Assembly (NCBI GenBank): GCA_963808615.1
Contig: CAWEGV010000002.1
Coordinates: 55,386-119,385, forward strand
Direction: 5' to 3'
DNA length: 64,000 bases
Source: an uncultured Actinomycetota bacterium
GTDB lineage: Bacteria; Actinomycetota; Actinomycetes; Streptosporangiales; Streptosporangiaceae
Below, piece by piece: positions 27,754-37,601 of the stretch. The notes under the pieces are model-generated. The model worked only from the letters and a program-made list of their open reading frames with translations. It had not been told where the DNA came from and did not search any database. The position numbers and the translations under genes are program-made. Numbering within the stretch: position 1 is the stretch's first letter; each line of letters starts with the position of its first letter.

Positions 27754-29895
27754 GTGCCCGCTGTGAGCACGGACACTTCGGTGCCCAGGCCTCGGGACGC
27801 ATCCGACGCCGCTCTGGTGGACATGCTCATGCTGGAGGCGCCGGTAGGCCTCGCGCTCTTCGGGCCCGACCTGCGCTTCCGCTGGGTGAATGCTGCCCTG
27901 GCCCGGCTCGAGGGAACGGACCCGGCCCGATACGCCGGCCGGCTGCCGTCCGAGGTGTGGCCGGAGGAGCTCGCGACCCGCGCCGAGGCCGCGCTGCGCA
28001 AGGTCCTGGCCGACGGCGCGCCGGTGCTTGCCAGGGGGGAATGGGGGGGCGGGCAGCCCCCCCATGATCGGGGGGATTCCCAAGGGGGGTCCGGGGGGAT
28101 GGGTCCCCCCGCTAGAAATCAGTCGTCCCCCCGGGGATACACCGCATCCTGGTTCCCCGTGCACGACGCGGCCGGGGAGATCGGCGGCGCCGGGCTCATG
28201 CTGCTCGAACTCGGCGGGCACCCGGCCGAGGAGGAGATCAGGCGCAGCGAGGAGCGTTACCGCTCGCTGGTCCAGGGCGCCGCCCAGGTGGTCTGGGTGG
28301 CGGCCCCCGACGGCGCCATGAAGGAAGACTCGCCGGAGTGGCGGTGGATCACCGGGCAGTCGACCGAGGACTACTTGGGCCACGGCTGGCTGGCCGCCGT
28401 GCACCCCGATGACCGGGAACGGGTCGAGCGCGACTGGCGCGAGTGCGTCCGGACCGGCAAGGTGTTCGACGACCGGTACCGGATCCGGACCAAGAACGGC
28501 TCGTACCGGCACTACGACGTGCGGGCGGTCCCGATCGAGCGGGACGGCAAGATCGTCGAATGGGTCGGGGCCACCAGCGACGTCACCAGCCAGCGTGAGG
28601 CCGAGGAGATGCGCGGGCGGCTGACCGAGCAGCTGTCCGCGGCCGCGCTGCGCACCGCGCGGCTGCAGCAGGCCACCTCGATGCTGGCCGAGGCGCTCAT
28701 CGTGGAGCAGGTGGTCGAGGTCATCACCGAGGTGGGCCGGACCGCGATCGGCGCGCTGCGGTCGGCGGTCGCTCTGCTCGAACCGGACGGTGCGCGGCTG
28801 CGGGTGGTCAACGAGGACGGATTGCCGACCTCACCGGACTCGGCGGCCGGCCCGCTGACCCTGCAGTCTCCCAGCGTGATGACCAGGGCCATCGCGACTC
28901 GGCAGCCGGTGCTCATCGAGGACCCGGAGGACCTGCGCAGGCAGTTCGCGGGTGAGCTCGACATCTACCCGGCCAACGTGGTGGCGACGTCTGATGAGCG
29001 CTCCTGGGTCGGCCTGCCGCTGATCACGGCGGGCGCGCCGCTGGGCGCGCTGCGGTTCTCGTTCGGCCGGGCCAGGAAGATCACCGAGGAGGAGCGGGTC
29101 TTCCTCGAGGCGCTGGCCGGCCAGTGCGCGCTGGCGGTCGAGCGAGCGGGGCTGTATGAACGGGAGCACACCACCGCCGAGACGCTGCAGCGCAGCCTGC
29201 TTCCCGACCGGCTGCCCAGCGTCCCCGGCCTGGTCCTGACGGCCAGGTACCGCCCGGTCGGGCGGAACATGGAGATTGGCGGCGACTGGTACGACGGGTT
29301 CCGGCTGGCCGACCAGCGGCTGGCGCTCGCGGTCGGCGACGTCATGGGCAAGGGGCTGACCGCCGCGGCCGGCATGGGCCGGGTCCGCAACGCGCTGCGC
29401 GCGCTGGCCCTGACCGACCCGCGCCCGGCCGCCGTCCTGGGCGGCCTGGACCGGCTGTTCAGCGCCACCGAGGAGGAAGAGCAGGTCACCACCGTCGCCT
29501 ACCTGGTGATCGACCCCGCCACCGGCGAGGGCATGCTCGGCAACGCCGGCCACCTGCCCGCCCTGGTGCTCGAGGCGGGCACCGCGCCGCGGTTCGACCA
29601 GGTGGAGGCGGGCACCCCGCTCGGCTGGGCCAGCCCGCGCAAGCAGCACGTGTTCAGCCTGCAGCCGGGCAGCACCGCGGTGTTCTACTCCGACGGGCTG
29701 GTCGAGACCAGGAACCGTGGCCTGGACGCCGGCCTGGATGACCTGGCCGCGGTGGCCGCCCGTGCCGACGCGGATCTGCTCGGCCAGCCTGAACGCCTGC
29801 TCGAATACCTCGTAGACCGCATGCTCGCAGGTCACGAGCAAGACGATGACGTCACCGTACTGGTCATTCACCGGCCTGCCGGGGGTGCGCAGTGA
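27754..29895 (+). CDS. PAS/PAS/GAF sensor fused to a SpoIIE/PP2C-family protein phosphatase
   Basis: PAS region: WITGQSTEDYLGHGWLAAVHPDDRERV..YRIRTKNGSYRHYDVRAVPIERDGKIVEWVG. PP2C region: LQRSLLPDRLP...GGDWYDGF...AVGDVMGKG...YSDGLVE. The start is uncertain (GTG 27754 or 27763). Confidence 0.9.
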   Translation: MPAVSTDTSVPRPRDASDAALVDMLMLEAPVGLALFGPDLRFRWVNAALARLEGTDPARYAGRLPSEVWPEELATRAEAALRKVLADGAPVLARGEWGGGQPPHDRGDSQGGSGGMGPPARNQSSPRGYTASWFPVHDAAGEIGGAGLMLLELGGHPAEEEIRRSEERYRSLVQGAAQVVWVAAPDGAMKEDSPEWRWITGQSTEDYLGHGWLAAVHPDDRERVERDWRECVRTGKVFDDRYRIRTKNGSYRHYDVRAVPIERDGKIVEWVGATSDVTSQREAEEMRGRLTEQLSAAALRTARLQQATSMLAEALIVEQVVEVITEVGRTAIGALRSAVALLEPDGARLRVVNEDGLPTSPDSAAGPLTLQSPSVMTRAIATRQPVLIEDPEDLRRQFAGELDIYPANVVATSDERSWVGLPLITAGAPLGALRFSFGRARKITEEERVFLEALAGQCALAVERAGLYEREHTTAETLQRSLLPDRLPSVPGLVLTARYRPVGRNMEIGGDWYDGFRLADQRLALAVGDVMGKGLTAAAGMGRVRNALRALALTDPRPAAVLGGLDRLFSATEEEEQVTTVAYLVIDPATGEGMLGNAGHLPALVLEAGTAPRFDQVEAGTPLGWASPRKQHVFSLQPGSTAVFYSDGLVETRNRGLDAGLDDLAAVAARADADLLGQPERLLEYLVDRMLAGHEQDDDVTVLVIHRPAGGAQ
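28034..28136. repeat. G/C-homopolymer hairpin element, copy A (inside the phosphatase CDS)
   Basis: Runs: G6, G7, C7, G6, G6, G6, C6, C6. Hairpin at 28041-28065: ATGGGGGGGC-gggca-GCCCCCCCAT. Second hairpin at 28093-28110. The core is shared with 54637..54712. Confidence 0.65.
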
Positions 29896-30007
29896 CCGAT
29901 GACCCGGCGCAGGCGTACAAGTCACTCCCGGCCGCAGCCTATGGTGATGATGTGGGAGGCATGCGGTTGAACCAATCCCGAGTTGCATCTACCCAGCGAA
30001 GGAAGGG

Positions 30008-31453
30008 GTGACCGTGGTCGTGAGCGCTGCTAACTCCGCAGCGCGGAAGCGCCCCAGGACGACGGGCCAGCAGCCCGGGACCGCCGAGGAGCAGGCGGTT
30101 CAGGCGCCTGCACCCGAGGACCCGGACGAGTACGGTCCCGAGGTGCGCTCCGGCGCGGACGCCAACCCCATGGGCCTGGCCCCGGCGGGTCTCGGTGACG
30201 ACGTCGACGAGCTGGAAGGCCCAGGACTCGACGAGCTCGACGCGTCCGACGCGGACATCCAGGCCGCGCTGGCCCAGGGAGACCTGGACGAGCCTGACCT
30301 GGCCGACGTGGCCGCGGCCGCCGAGGACCTGGAGGGCCCCGACGGCCTCGAAACGACCGAGGAGCGGGAGCCAGACCAGCCCGCAGGCGAGGCGGACGCC
30401 GAAGCCGGAGGGCCTGAGGGTCCGGACGCGTCAGGCGCGCAGGTGGTCAAGATCGCCCCGGAAGCCGGCGAGGATGAGGAGATCTTCGTCTTCGGCGACG
30501 ACGACGATGACCTCCCGGCCGCGCAGGTGGCGGTGGCGGGCGCGACCGCGGACCCGGTCAAGGACTACCTGAAGCAGATCGGCAAGGTGCCGCTGCTCAA
30601 CGCCGAGCAAGAGGTCGAGCTGGCCAAGCGGATCGAGGCGGGCCTGTTCGCGGAGGAGAAGCTGGCCGAGGGCCGCCACACGCTGACCACCGACCAGCGG
30701 ATCGACCTGGAGTGGATCGCCGAGGACGGCACCCGGGCCAAGAATCACCTGCTTGAGGCCAACCTCCGGCTGGTGGTGTCGCTGGCCAAGCGGTACACCG
30801 GGCGCGGCATGCTGTTCCTGGACCTGATCCAGGAGGGCAACCTGGGCCTGATCCGGGCCGTGGAGAAGTTCGACTACACCAAGGGCTACAAGTTCTCCAC
30901 GTACGCCACCTGGTGGATCCGGCAGGCCATCACCCGCGCCATGGCCGACCAGGCCCGCACCATCCGGATCCCGGTGCACATGGTCGAGGTCATCAACAAG
31001 CTGGCCCGGGTGCAGCGCCAGATGCTGCAGGACCTGGGCCGCGAGCCCACCCCGGATGAGCTGGCCATCGAGCTGGACATGACCCCGGAGAAGGTCATCG
31101 AGGTGCAGAAGTACGGCCGCGAGCCGATCTCGCTGCACACCCCGCTCGGGGAGGACGGCGACAGCGAGTTCGGCGACCTGATCGAGGACTCCGAGGCGAT
31201 CCAGCCCGGCGAGGCGGTCAGCTTCACGCTGCTGCAGGAGCAGCTGCACTCGGTGCTGGACACGCTGTCCGAGCGCGAGGCCGGCGTGGTCTCGATGCGG
31301 TTCGGCCTGACCGACGGCCAGCCCAAGACCCTGGACGAGATCGGCAAGGTCTACGGCGTGACCCGGGAGCGCATCCGGCAGATCGAGTCCAAGACCATGT
31401 CCAAGCTCCGGCACCCCTCCCGCTCCCAGGTCCTGCGCGACTACCTCGACTAA
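30008..31453 (+). CDS. hrdB: RNA polymerase principal sigma factor (HrdB/SigA/RpoD)
   Basis: [31 protein letters not shown]. Region 2: [59 protein letters not shown]. Region 4: [32 protein letters not shown]. The N-terminus is an acidic repetitive region. Confidence 0.95.
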   Translation: MTVVVSAANSAARKRPRTTGQQPGTAEEQAVQAPAPEDPDEYGPEVRSGADANPMGLAPAGLGDDVDELEGPGLDELDASDADIQAALAQGDLDEPDLADVAAAAEDLEGPDGLETTEEREPDQPAGEADAEAGGPEGPDASGAQVVKIAPEAGEDEEIFVFGDDDDDLPAAQVAVAGATADPVKDYLKQIGKVPLLNAEQEVELAKRIEAGLFAEEKLAEGRHTLTTDQRIDLEWIAEDGTRAKNHLLEANLRLVVSLAKRYTGRGMLFLDLIQEGNLGLIRAVEKFDYTKGYKFSTYATWWIRQAITRAMADQARTIRIPVHMVEVINKLARVQRQMLQDLGREPTPDELAIELDMTPEKVIEVQKYGREPISLHTPLGEDGDSEFGDLIEDSEAIQPGEAVSFTLLQEQLHSVLDTLSEREAGVVSMRFGLTDGQPKTLDEIGKVYGVTRERIRQIESKTMSKLRHPSRSQVLRDYLD

Positions 31454-31657
31454 GGGCAGCGGCGCAGGCAACACCTCCCGCCCGGAGATCCCCCGGTCCG
31501 CTTGGTCTGGCCAAACAAGGTCATCTTGGACCTCGACGGCAAGCCATCCGGCTCCCTATGGTGGTCTGGTACGTCCGGTTCCTGCTGCCCGGGGAAAGGC
31601 GGCGCTGACGGTCCCGGCGTGCGGTGCTTTCCGGGGGCAAGTGAGAGGGGATCACCG

Positions 31658-31981
31658 ATGCAGTGGCGTGATGCCACCGTCGGCGGGATGGGTGCGACGG
31701 GGTTCGAGTTGCGGGTGGTCGGCTCGGCAGCCGCGCTTGCGGCAGGATCTGATCTTCCGTGTGCGCGGGATCCAGAGCTGTTCTTCGCCGAGTCTCCGCG
31801 GGAGGTGGAGCAGGCGAAGGCCATGTGCCGGGGCTGCCGGGTCAGGACCGGCTGCCTGGCCGGCGCGCTGGAGCGCCGGGAGCCGTGCGGTGTGTGGGGC
31901 GGTGAGCTGTTGATGCGCGGGGCGATCGTGCCGCGCAAGCGGCCTCGCGGGCGCCCGCGCAAGACCGAGGTGGCCGCGTAG
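31658..31981 (+). CDS. whiB7: WhiB7/WblC-type Fe-S transcriptional regulator with C-terminal AT-hook
   Basis: Cys motif C..AKAMCRGCRVRTGC and turn GVWGGE. C-terminal KRPRGRPRK AT-hook as in M. tuberculosis WhiB7. The start is uncertain (ATG 31658 or 31688). Confidence 0.8.
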   Translation: MQWRDATVGGMGATGFELRVVGSAAALAAGSDLPCARDPELFFAESPREVEQAKAMCRGCRVRTGCLAGALERREPCGVWGGELLMRGAIVPRKRPRGRPRKTEVAA

Positions 31982-32093
31982 CGACGGCTCCAGCGGAATG
32001 AGTGCAGTTCGCGCTGCAATAGCAGCACCGATTGCACTCAGGCTTGATCACTTCGCGCGAGGCGATGATTAAACGGCGTGGCCGGCCGGGTGC

Positions 32094-32306
32094 TTACTCC
32101 GGCTGCGACTCCGACAGGCGGTTGCTCTCGTCCTGGATGTCGACCGCCACCTTGGCCAGCGCCTCGGCGTGCACACGCCCGTGGTGCGCGCAGAAGAGCA
32201 GTTCTCCGCCGTGGGCGAGCAGCACGCGAACATACGCCTGGGCGCCGCAGCGATCGCAGGCGTCCAGCGCGGTCAGCGGCCTTGTGGGGGCTATTGCTCC
32301 GGTCAA
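32094..32306 (-). CDS. Small conserved actinobacterial protein (DUF7455-like)
   Basis: LTALDACDRCGAQAYVRVLLAHGGELLFCAHHGRVHAEALAKVAVDIQDES. The start is uncertain; TTG 32306 is proposed and the ORF track extends to 32546. Confidence 0.5.
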   Translation of the reverse strand: MTGAIAPTRPLTALDACDRCGAQAYVRVLLAHGGELLFCAHHGRVHAEALAKVAVDIQDESNRLSESQPE

Positions 32307-32733
32307 CGTCGCCTGCCTCGCGTCGTGCCTCCGGCTTCTGTATCCGTCTGGCTCCGGTGTACTGCCGTACCGCTCAGTGCAACACATACCCAGGCGCTGG
32401 CGTTCCTCGCGCCGCGCGGTGTACGCCACAAGCGAAACCGCGACTGATGCCGCTTGTTCAGTTGTCCCGCGGCGACCCTGCCCCTCTTGCTGCCCTGACA
32501 CGCGGTGCCCATGTCCCGCCGGGCGCTGGAGTATCCTCGGCGGCACACAGGCACCGGGTGTCTACCTCCAGATGTACCCACATCGGGGCCGGCCCAAGCA
32601 TCCATCACCGGCGAGCCGGGGAATTACCGCGGCTTTGCCGCGTGGCATGCGCCAGGCAACCGGCCGGGAACGCTAATCTGTTCGATGAAGCCCCCGCAGG
32701 GGGCAGGTAAAGCTCGGAAGGAGCCCGGCGACC

Positions 32734-34863
32734 GTGACCGCCCTCACCACCGCCGCCGCCCGGATGCCGGCCGGGGCCGTCGCCGACGCCTACACCGCCC
32801 GGCACCTATCGGTCCTGGAGGGCCTGGATGCGGTGCGCAAGCGTCCCGGCATGTACGTCGGGTCCACCGACAGCCGCGGCCTGCAGCACTGCCTGTGGGA
32901 GATCTTCGACAACGCGGTGGACGAGGCGCTGGGCGGGCACTGCTCGCGGATCGAGGTGATCCTGCACGCGGACGGCTCGGCCGAAGTCAGGGACAACGGC
33001 CGGGGCATCCCGGTGGACGTCGAGCGCAAGACCAAGCTCAGCGGGGTGGAGCTGGTCATGACCCGGCTGCACGCGGGCGGGAAGTTCGGCGGCGGCTCCT
33101 ACACGGCCTCCGGCGGCCTGCACGGCGTGGGCGCCTCGGTGGTCAACGCGCTGTCCGCCCGGCTGGACGTCGAGGTGGACCGGGACGGGCGGACCTGGGC
33201 GGCCAGCTTCCGGCGCGGCGTCACCGGAGAGTTCGCCGGGCCGGGCCCCGACGCCGACTTCACCCGGAAGGCAGGCCTGCGCCCGCTCGGCCGGCTGGCC
33301 GGAACCGCCCGCGCGCGGAAGGCCACCGGGACCAGGATCAGGTTCTGGCCGGACCGGCAGGTGTTCCTGCGCGACGCCAGTTTCGGCTTCGACGCCGTTG
33401 CCGAGCGCGCCAGGCAGACCGCCTACCTGGTCCCCGGCCTGGCCATCACCGTCTGCGAGGAACCCCCCGGCAGCTCAGGACCAGACGAGCCGCGTCAGGT
33501 CCAGTTCCGCTTCGACGGCGGCATCAGCGAGTTCTGCGCGCACCTGAGCTCGGCCGAGCCGGTCACCGACGCGATACGGCTGACCGGATCGGGTCACTTC
33601 ACCGAGACCATCCCGGTGCTCGATGACCGGGGCCATATGACGCCCACCGAGGTGGAGCGCGAGCTGACCGTCGACGTCGCGGTGCAGTGGGGGAGCGGCT
33701 ACGACACAGTGGTCCGGTCGTTCGTGAACGTCATCGCCACCCCGCACGGCGGCACCCACGTGACAGGCTTCGAGCGGGCCCTGGTGCGCACGCTGAACGA
33801 CCAGCTCCGGGCGGCCCGGCTGCTGAAGAACGGTGACGAGCCGGTGACCATCCAGGACGTGCTCGAGGGCCTGGTCGCGGTGGTCTCGGTCCGGCTGCCC
33901 GAGCCCCAGTTCGAGGGCCAGACCAAGGAGGTGCTCGGCACCCCGGCCGCGTCCCGGATCGTGGCCCAGGTGGTGGGCGCGCAGCTCAAGACCTACCTGG
34001 AGACGCCGCCGCGGGGCGCCAAGCAGCAGGCCCGCTCGGTGCTGGAAAAGGTGGTCTCGGCGGCCAGGACCCGCATCGCCGCCCGCGAGCACCGCGACAA
34101 CCAGCGCCGCAAGTCGGCGCTGGCCAGCTCGTCGCTGCCCGCCAAGCTGGTCGACTGCCGGTCGGCCGACGACCGCAGCGAGCTGTTCATCGTCGAGGGC
34201 GACTCCGCGCTCGGCACGGCCAAGCTGGCCAGGGACTCGGAGTTCCAGGCGCTGCTGCCGATCCGCGGCAAGATCCTCAACGTGCAGAAGGCCTCGCTGG
34301 CGGACATGCTCAAGAACACCGAATGCGCCGCGATCATCCAGGTCATCGGGGCCGGCTCGGGCAGCTCCTTCGACCTGGACTCGGCCAGGTATCAGCGGAT
34401 CATCATCCTGGCGGATGCCGACGTGGACGGGGCGCACATCCGGACCCTGCTGCTGACGCTGTTCCACCGGTACCTGCGGCCGATGCTCGAAGCCGGGCGG
34501 ATATTCGCCGCGGTTCCGCCGCTGCACCGGATCGAGCTGACCAACCCGCGCAAGGGCCAGGAGAAGTACCGGTACACCTACTCCGACGCCGAGCTGAACC
34601 GGACGCTGCTGGAACTGGAGCGGCGCGGCCAGCGCTGGAAGGAGCCGGTGCAACGGTACAAGGGCCTGGGCGAGATGGACGCCTCCCAGCTCGCCGAGAC
34701 CACCATGGACCCCAGGCACCGCACGCTGCGCCGGATCAGGATCGAGGACGCCGCCGCGGCCGCCGGGATATTCAGCCTGCTGATGGGCACCGAGGTGGGC
34801 CCCCGCCGCGACTTCATCGTCAGCGGCGCCGCCGAACTGGATCCCTCCCGCATCGACACCTGA
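32734..34863 (+). CDS. parE: Type IIA DNA topoisomerase subunit B (topoisomerase IV ParE/GyrB-like)
   Basis: LEGLDAVRKRPGMYVGSTD, GLQHCLWEIFDNAVDE, GGLHGVGASVVNALS, ELFIVEGDSALGTAK (Toprim), ILADADVDGAHI and YKGLGEM. Confidence 0.9.
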   Translation: MTALTTAAARMPAGAVADAYTARHLSVLEGLDAVRKRPGMYVGSTDSRGLQHCLWEIFDNAVDEALGGHCSRIEVILHADGSAEVRDNGRGIPVDVERKTKLSGVELVMTRLHAGGKFGGGSYTASGGLHGVGASVVNALSARLDVEVDRDGRTWAASFRRGVTGEFAGPGPDADFTRKAGLRPLGRLAGTARARKATGTRIRFWPDRQVFLRDASFGFDAVAERARQTAYLVPGLAITVCEEPPGSSGPDEPRQVQFRFDGGISEFCAHLSSAEPVTDAIRLTGSGHFTETIPVLDDRGHMTPTEVERELTVDVAVQWGSGYDTVVRSFVNVIATPHGGTHVTGFERALVRTLNDQLRAARLLKNGDEPVTIQDVLEGLVAVVSVRLPEPQFEGQTKEVLGTPAASRIVAQVVGAQLKTYLETPPRGAKQQARSVLEKVVSAARTRIAAREHRDNQRRKSALASSSLPAKLVDCRSADDRSELFIVEGDSALGTAKLARDSEFQALLPIRGKILNVQKASLADMLKNTECAAIIQVIGAGSGSSFDLDSARYQRIIILADADVDGAHIRTLLLTLFHRYLRPMLEAGRIFAAVPPLHRIELTNPRKGQEKYRYTYSDAELNRTLLELERRGQRWKEPVQRYKGLGEMDASQLAETTMDPRHRTLRRIRIEDAAAAAGIFSLLMGTEVGPRRDFIVSGAAELDPSRIDT

Positions 34864-34909
34864 ACGCCGGCCGCTCACCGTCGCCGAGCTCCGCTGGCCG
34901 GGTCGAGGG

Positions 34910-37478
34910 TCAGCGCCGTGCGACGGAGTGCACCGGAACGCGACCGGCGCACCGCCGATGACGGCCAGCTGACGGCGCAGCGCCACCCCGGACCCGTCGC
35001 GCCTGCCCACCGGGTCCGGCAGGTCGACCGGGCGGCCGGCGTCGGTGGCGCCCGCCGCCGGGGCCGGCCCGGCCCAGGCCATGACCAGCACGTCCTCGCC
35101 CTTGAGGAACCGATGGCAGCGCACCCCGCCGGTGGCCCGGCCCTTGCCGGGGAACTCGTGCAGCGGGGTCACCTTCACGCTGGCGGCCGCCGTGCCGGGC
35201 AGCGCGCCGGCGGCCCGGCGACGGTGACCACCACGGCGGGGAGTAGGTCCCCGGCGGGCCCACGGGGACACCTGCCGCCGCGGCCGCGTCCACCGCGCCG
35301 AACCAGACCACCGAGGCGCCAGCAGACAGCCGGACCCCGGCCATCCCGCCCGCGGCCCGGCCCTGCGGCCGCACCGAGGATGCCGGGAAGCGCAGCAGTT
35401 GCGCGTCGCTGGTGATGAACACGAGCTCTGCCGACTCGCCGGCCAGCTGCGCGGCGCCGACCACCCGGTCACCGGGCCGCAGCGTGATCAGCTCGAACTC
35501 GTCCCGGTTCTGCGGGTAGTCCGGCAGCACCCGCTTGACCACGCCCGTCGGCCGTGCCGAGCGCCACACCCGTGCCGTTCACGGAGCAGAGCCCGGCCAC
35601 CGTCTCGCCCCGGTCCAGCACCGCGAACTCGGCCACCGGCGTGCCCCCGGCCAGCGAGATCGCGCCCGCGCCCGGCGGCAGCGCCGGGATCTCCAGCACG
35701 TTGACCTTGACGCACCGCCCCGCCGACGTGACCACGCCGATCGTGCCCCGCGCCGTGGCCCGGACCGCCGCGGCGATCACGTCGTGCGCTGAGCGCGCCA
35801 GGTCCCCGGCCGGGGGAACCAGGGGCCGTTCGGCATAAATATCCGAAGCACCGTCGGTACCCTGATCGCCCACGGCCACCCGTGCCACCCGGCCGGTGGC
35901 CGACATCAGCACCACGCACGGGTCGTCGGTCACCTCGAGCGGGACGGCCGCGGCCGCCGGAGCCTCCGAGCCTTCCAGCAGCACGGTGCGCCGCGGGGTG
36001 CCGAACTTCGCCGCCACCTCGGCCAGCTCCTCGCCCACCACCTCGCGCAGCCGGGCATCGGAGTCCAGGATCGACGTCAGTGAGGCGATCTCGGTACGCA
36101 GCGTGTCCTGCTCCCGCTCGAGCTCCAGCCGGTCGTACCGGGTCAGCCGGCGCAGCGGCGTGTCCAGGATGTACTGCGCCTGGATCTCGGACAGGTCGAA
36201 GATCGCCATCAGCCGGTCCCTGGCCGCGGCTGCGTTGTCGGAGGACCTGATCACCTGGATGACCTCGTCGATGTCGAGCAGCGCCATGAGCAGGCCGTCG
36301 ACCAGGTGCAGCCGCTCCAGCCGCTTGCGCCGCCGGTACTCGGTCCGCCGCCGGGTCACCTCCAGCCGGTGCGCGACGAAGATCTCCAGCAACTCGCGGA
36401 GCCCCAGGAGCCGGGGCTGCCCGTCGACCAGGGCCACGTTGTTGATGCCGAACGTCTCCTCCATCGGCGTCAGCCGGTACAGCTCGGCCAGCACCGCGTC
36501 CGGGTTGAAGCCGCTGCGTACCTCGATCACCAGGTGCAGGCCGCGGTTCCGGTCGGTAAGGTCCTTCAGGTCGGAGATGCCGTTGAGCTTCTTGGCCCCT
36601 ACCAGGTCCTTGATCCGCTCCTTGACCTTTTCCGGGCCGACGGTGTACGGCAGCTCGGTGACCACGATGCCGGTGCGCCGGGGGGTGATCTGCTCCACCC
36701 GTGCGGTGGCCCGGGTGCGGAAGATGCCGCGCCCGGTCTCGTAGGCCTCCCTGATGCCCTCCAGGCCCACGATGCGTCCGCCGGTGGGCAGGTCGGGTCC
36801 CGGCACGAAGCGCATCAGAGCATCGAGCGACGCCTCCGGGTGCCGAAGCAGGTGCCGCGCCGCGGCGATCACCTCGCTCAGGTTGTGCGGCGCCATGTTG
36901 GTGGCCATGCCCACCGCGATGCCGGCCGCGCCGTTGACCAGCAGGTTGGGCAGGCCCGCGGGCAGCACGTCGGGCTGGGTCTCGCTGCCGTCGTAGTTCG
37001 GGACGAACTCGACGGTGTCCTCGTCGATGGCGGCCACCATCTCCATCGCGGCCGCGGTCAGCCGGGCCTCGGTATAGCGCATCGCGGCCGGGGCGTCGTC
37101 GCCGCCCAGGCTGCCGAAGTTCCCGTGCCCGTCGACCAGCGGCAGCCGCATCGCCCAGGGCTGGGCCATCCGGGCCAGCGCGTCGTAGATCGCCGAGTCG
37201 CCGTGCGGGTGCAGCCGCCCCATCACCTCGCCGACGACCCGGGCGCACTTGACGTGTCCGCGGTCCGGGCGCAGGCCCATCTCGTTCATCTGGTACAGGA
37301 TCCGGCGCTGGACCGGCTTCAGGCCGTCCCGCGCATCGGGCAGGGCGCGGGAGTAGATGATGCTGTACGCGTATTCGAGGTAGCTGCCGCGCATCTCCTC
37401 GGCGACGTCGATGTCGACGATATTTTCTTCGAAATCCTCCGGAGGCGCGGGAGGACCGCCACGTCGTGCTCTTGCCAT
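34910..37478 (-). pseudogene. parC: Type IIA DNA topoisomerase subunit A (topoisomerase IV ParC/GyrA-like), C-terminal frameshifts
   Basis: The N-terminal 660 aa or so are intact from ATG 37478 (YLEYAYSIIYSRALPDARDGLKPVQRRILY, HPHGDSAIYDALARMAQ, AAMRYTEARL). The C-terminal beta-pinwheel continues in at least 3 other frames below about 35550 (GVVKRVLPDYPQNRDEFELITLRPGDRVV, then DLLPAVVVTVAG, then ALPGTAAASVKVTPLHEFPGKGRATGGVRCHRFLKGEDVL). The true stop was not determined. Confidence 0.85.
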
Positions 37479-37500
37479 CAATTCGGGTTCCTGCTTTCTG

Positions 37501-37554
37501 CCCCACCCCACCCCCCCCCCCCCCCCCCCCCCCCCTCCCCCCCCCCCCCCCCCC
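37501..37554. repeat. 54-nt near-pure poly-C tract (poly-G on the gene strand)
   Basis: CCCCACCCCA + C25 + T + C18. It lies in the 123-nt gap between the SDR stop (37602) and the topo IV A start (37478). Confidence 0.9.
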
Positions 37555-37601
37555 GACGACATTCTGCCCTGCCCGGGCCGCCACGCAAGCCAACGCCGCG
37601 C

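Noticed and set aside
31680-31710. tRNA-like GGTTCGAGT (T-arm-like) string.
   Set aside because: There is no acceptor or anticodon stem context, and it lies within the whiB7 coding region.
37479-37562. Poly-glycine N-terminal extension of the topo IV A ORF (MSSGGGGGGGG...) and the poly-proline ORF 37411..37632.
   Set aside because: Both are just translations of the poly-C/G tract. The conserved ParC/GyrA N-terminus begins at ATG 37478.
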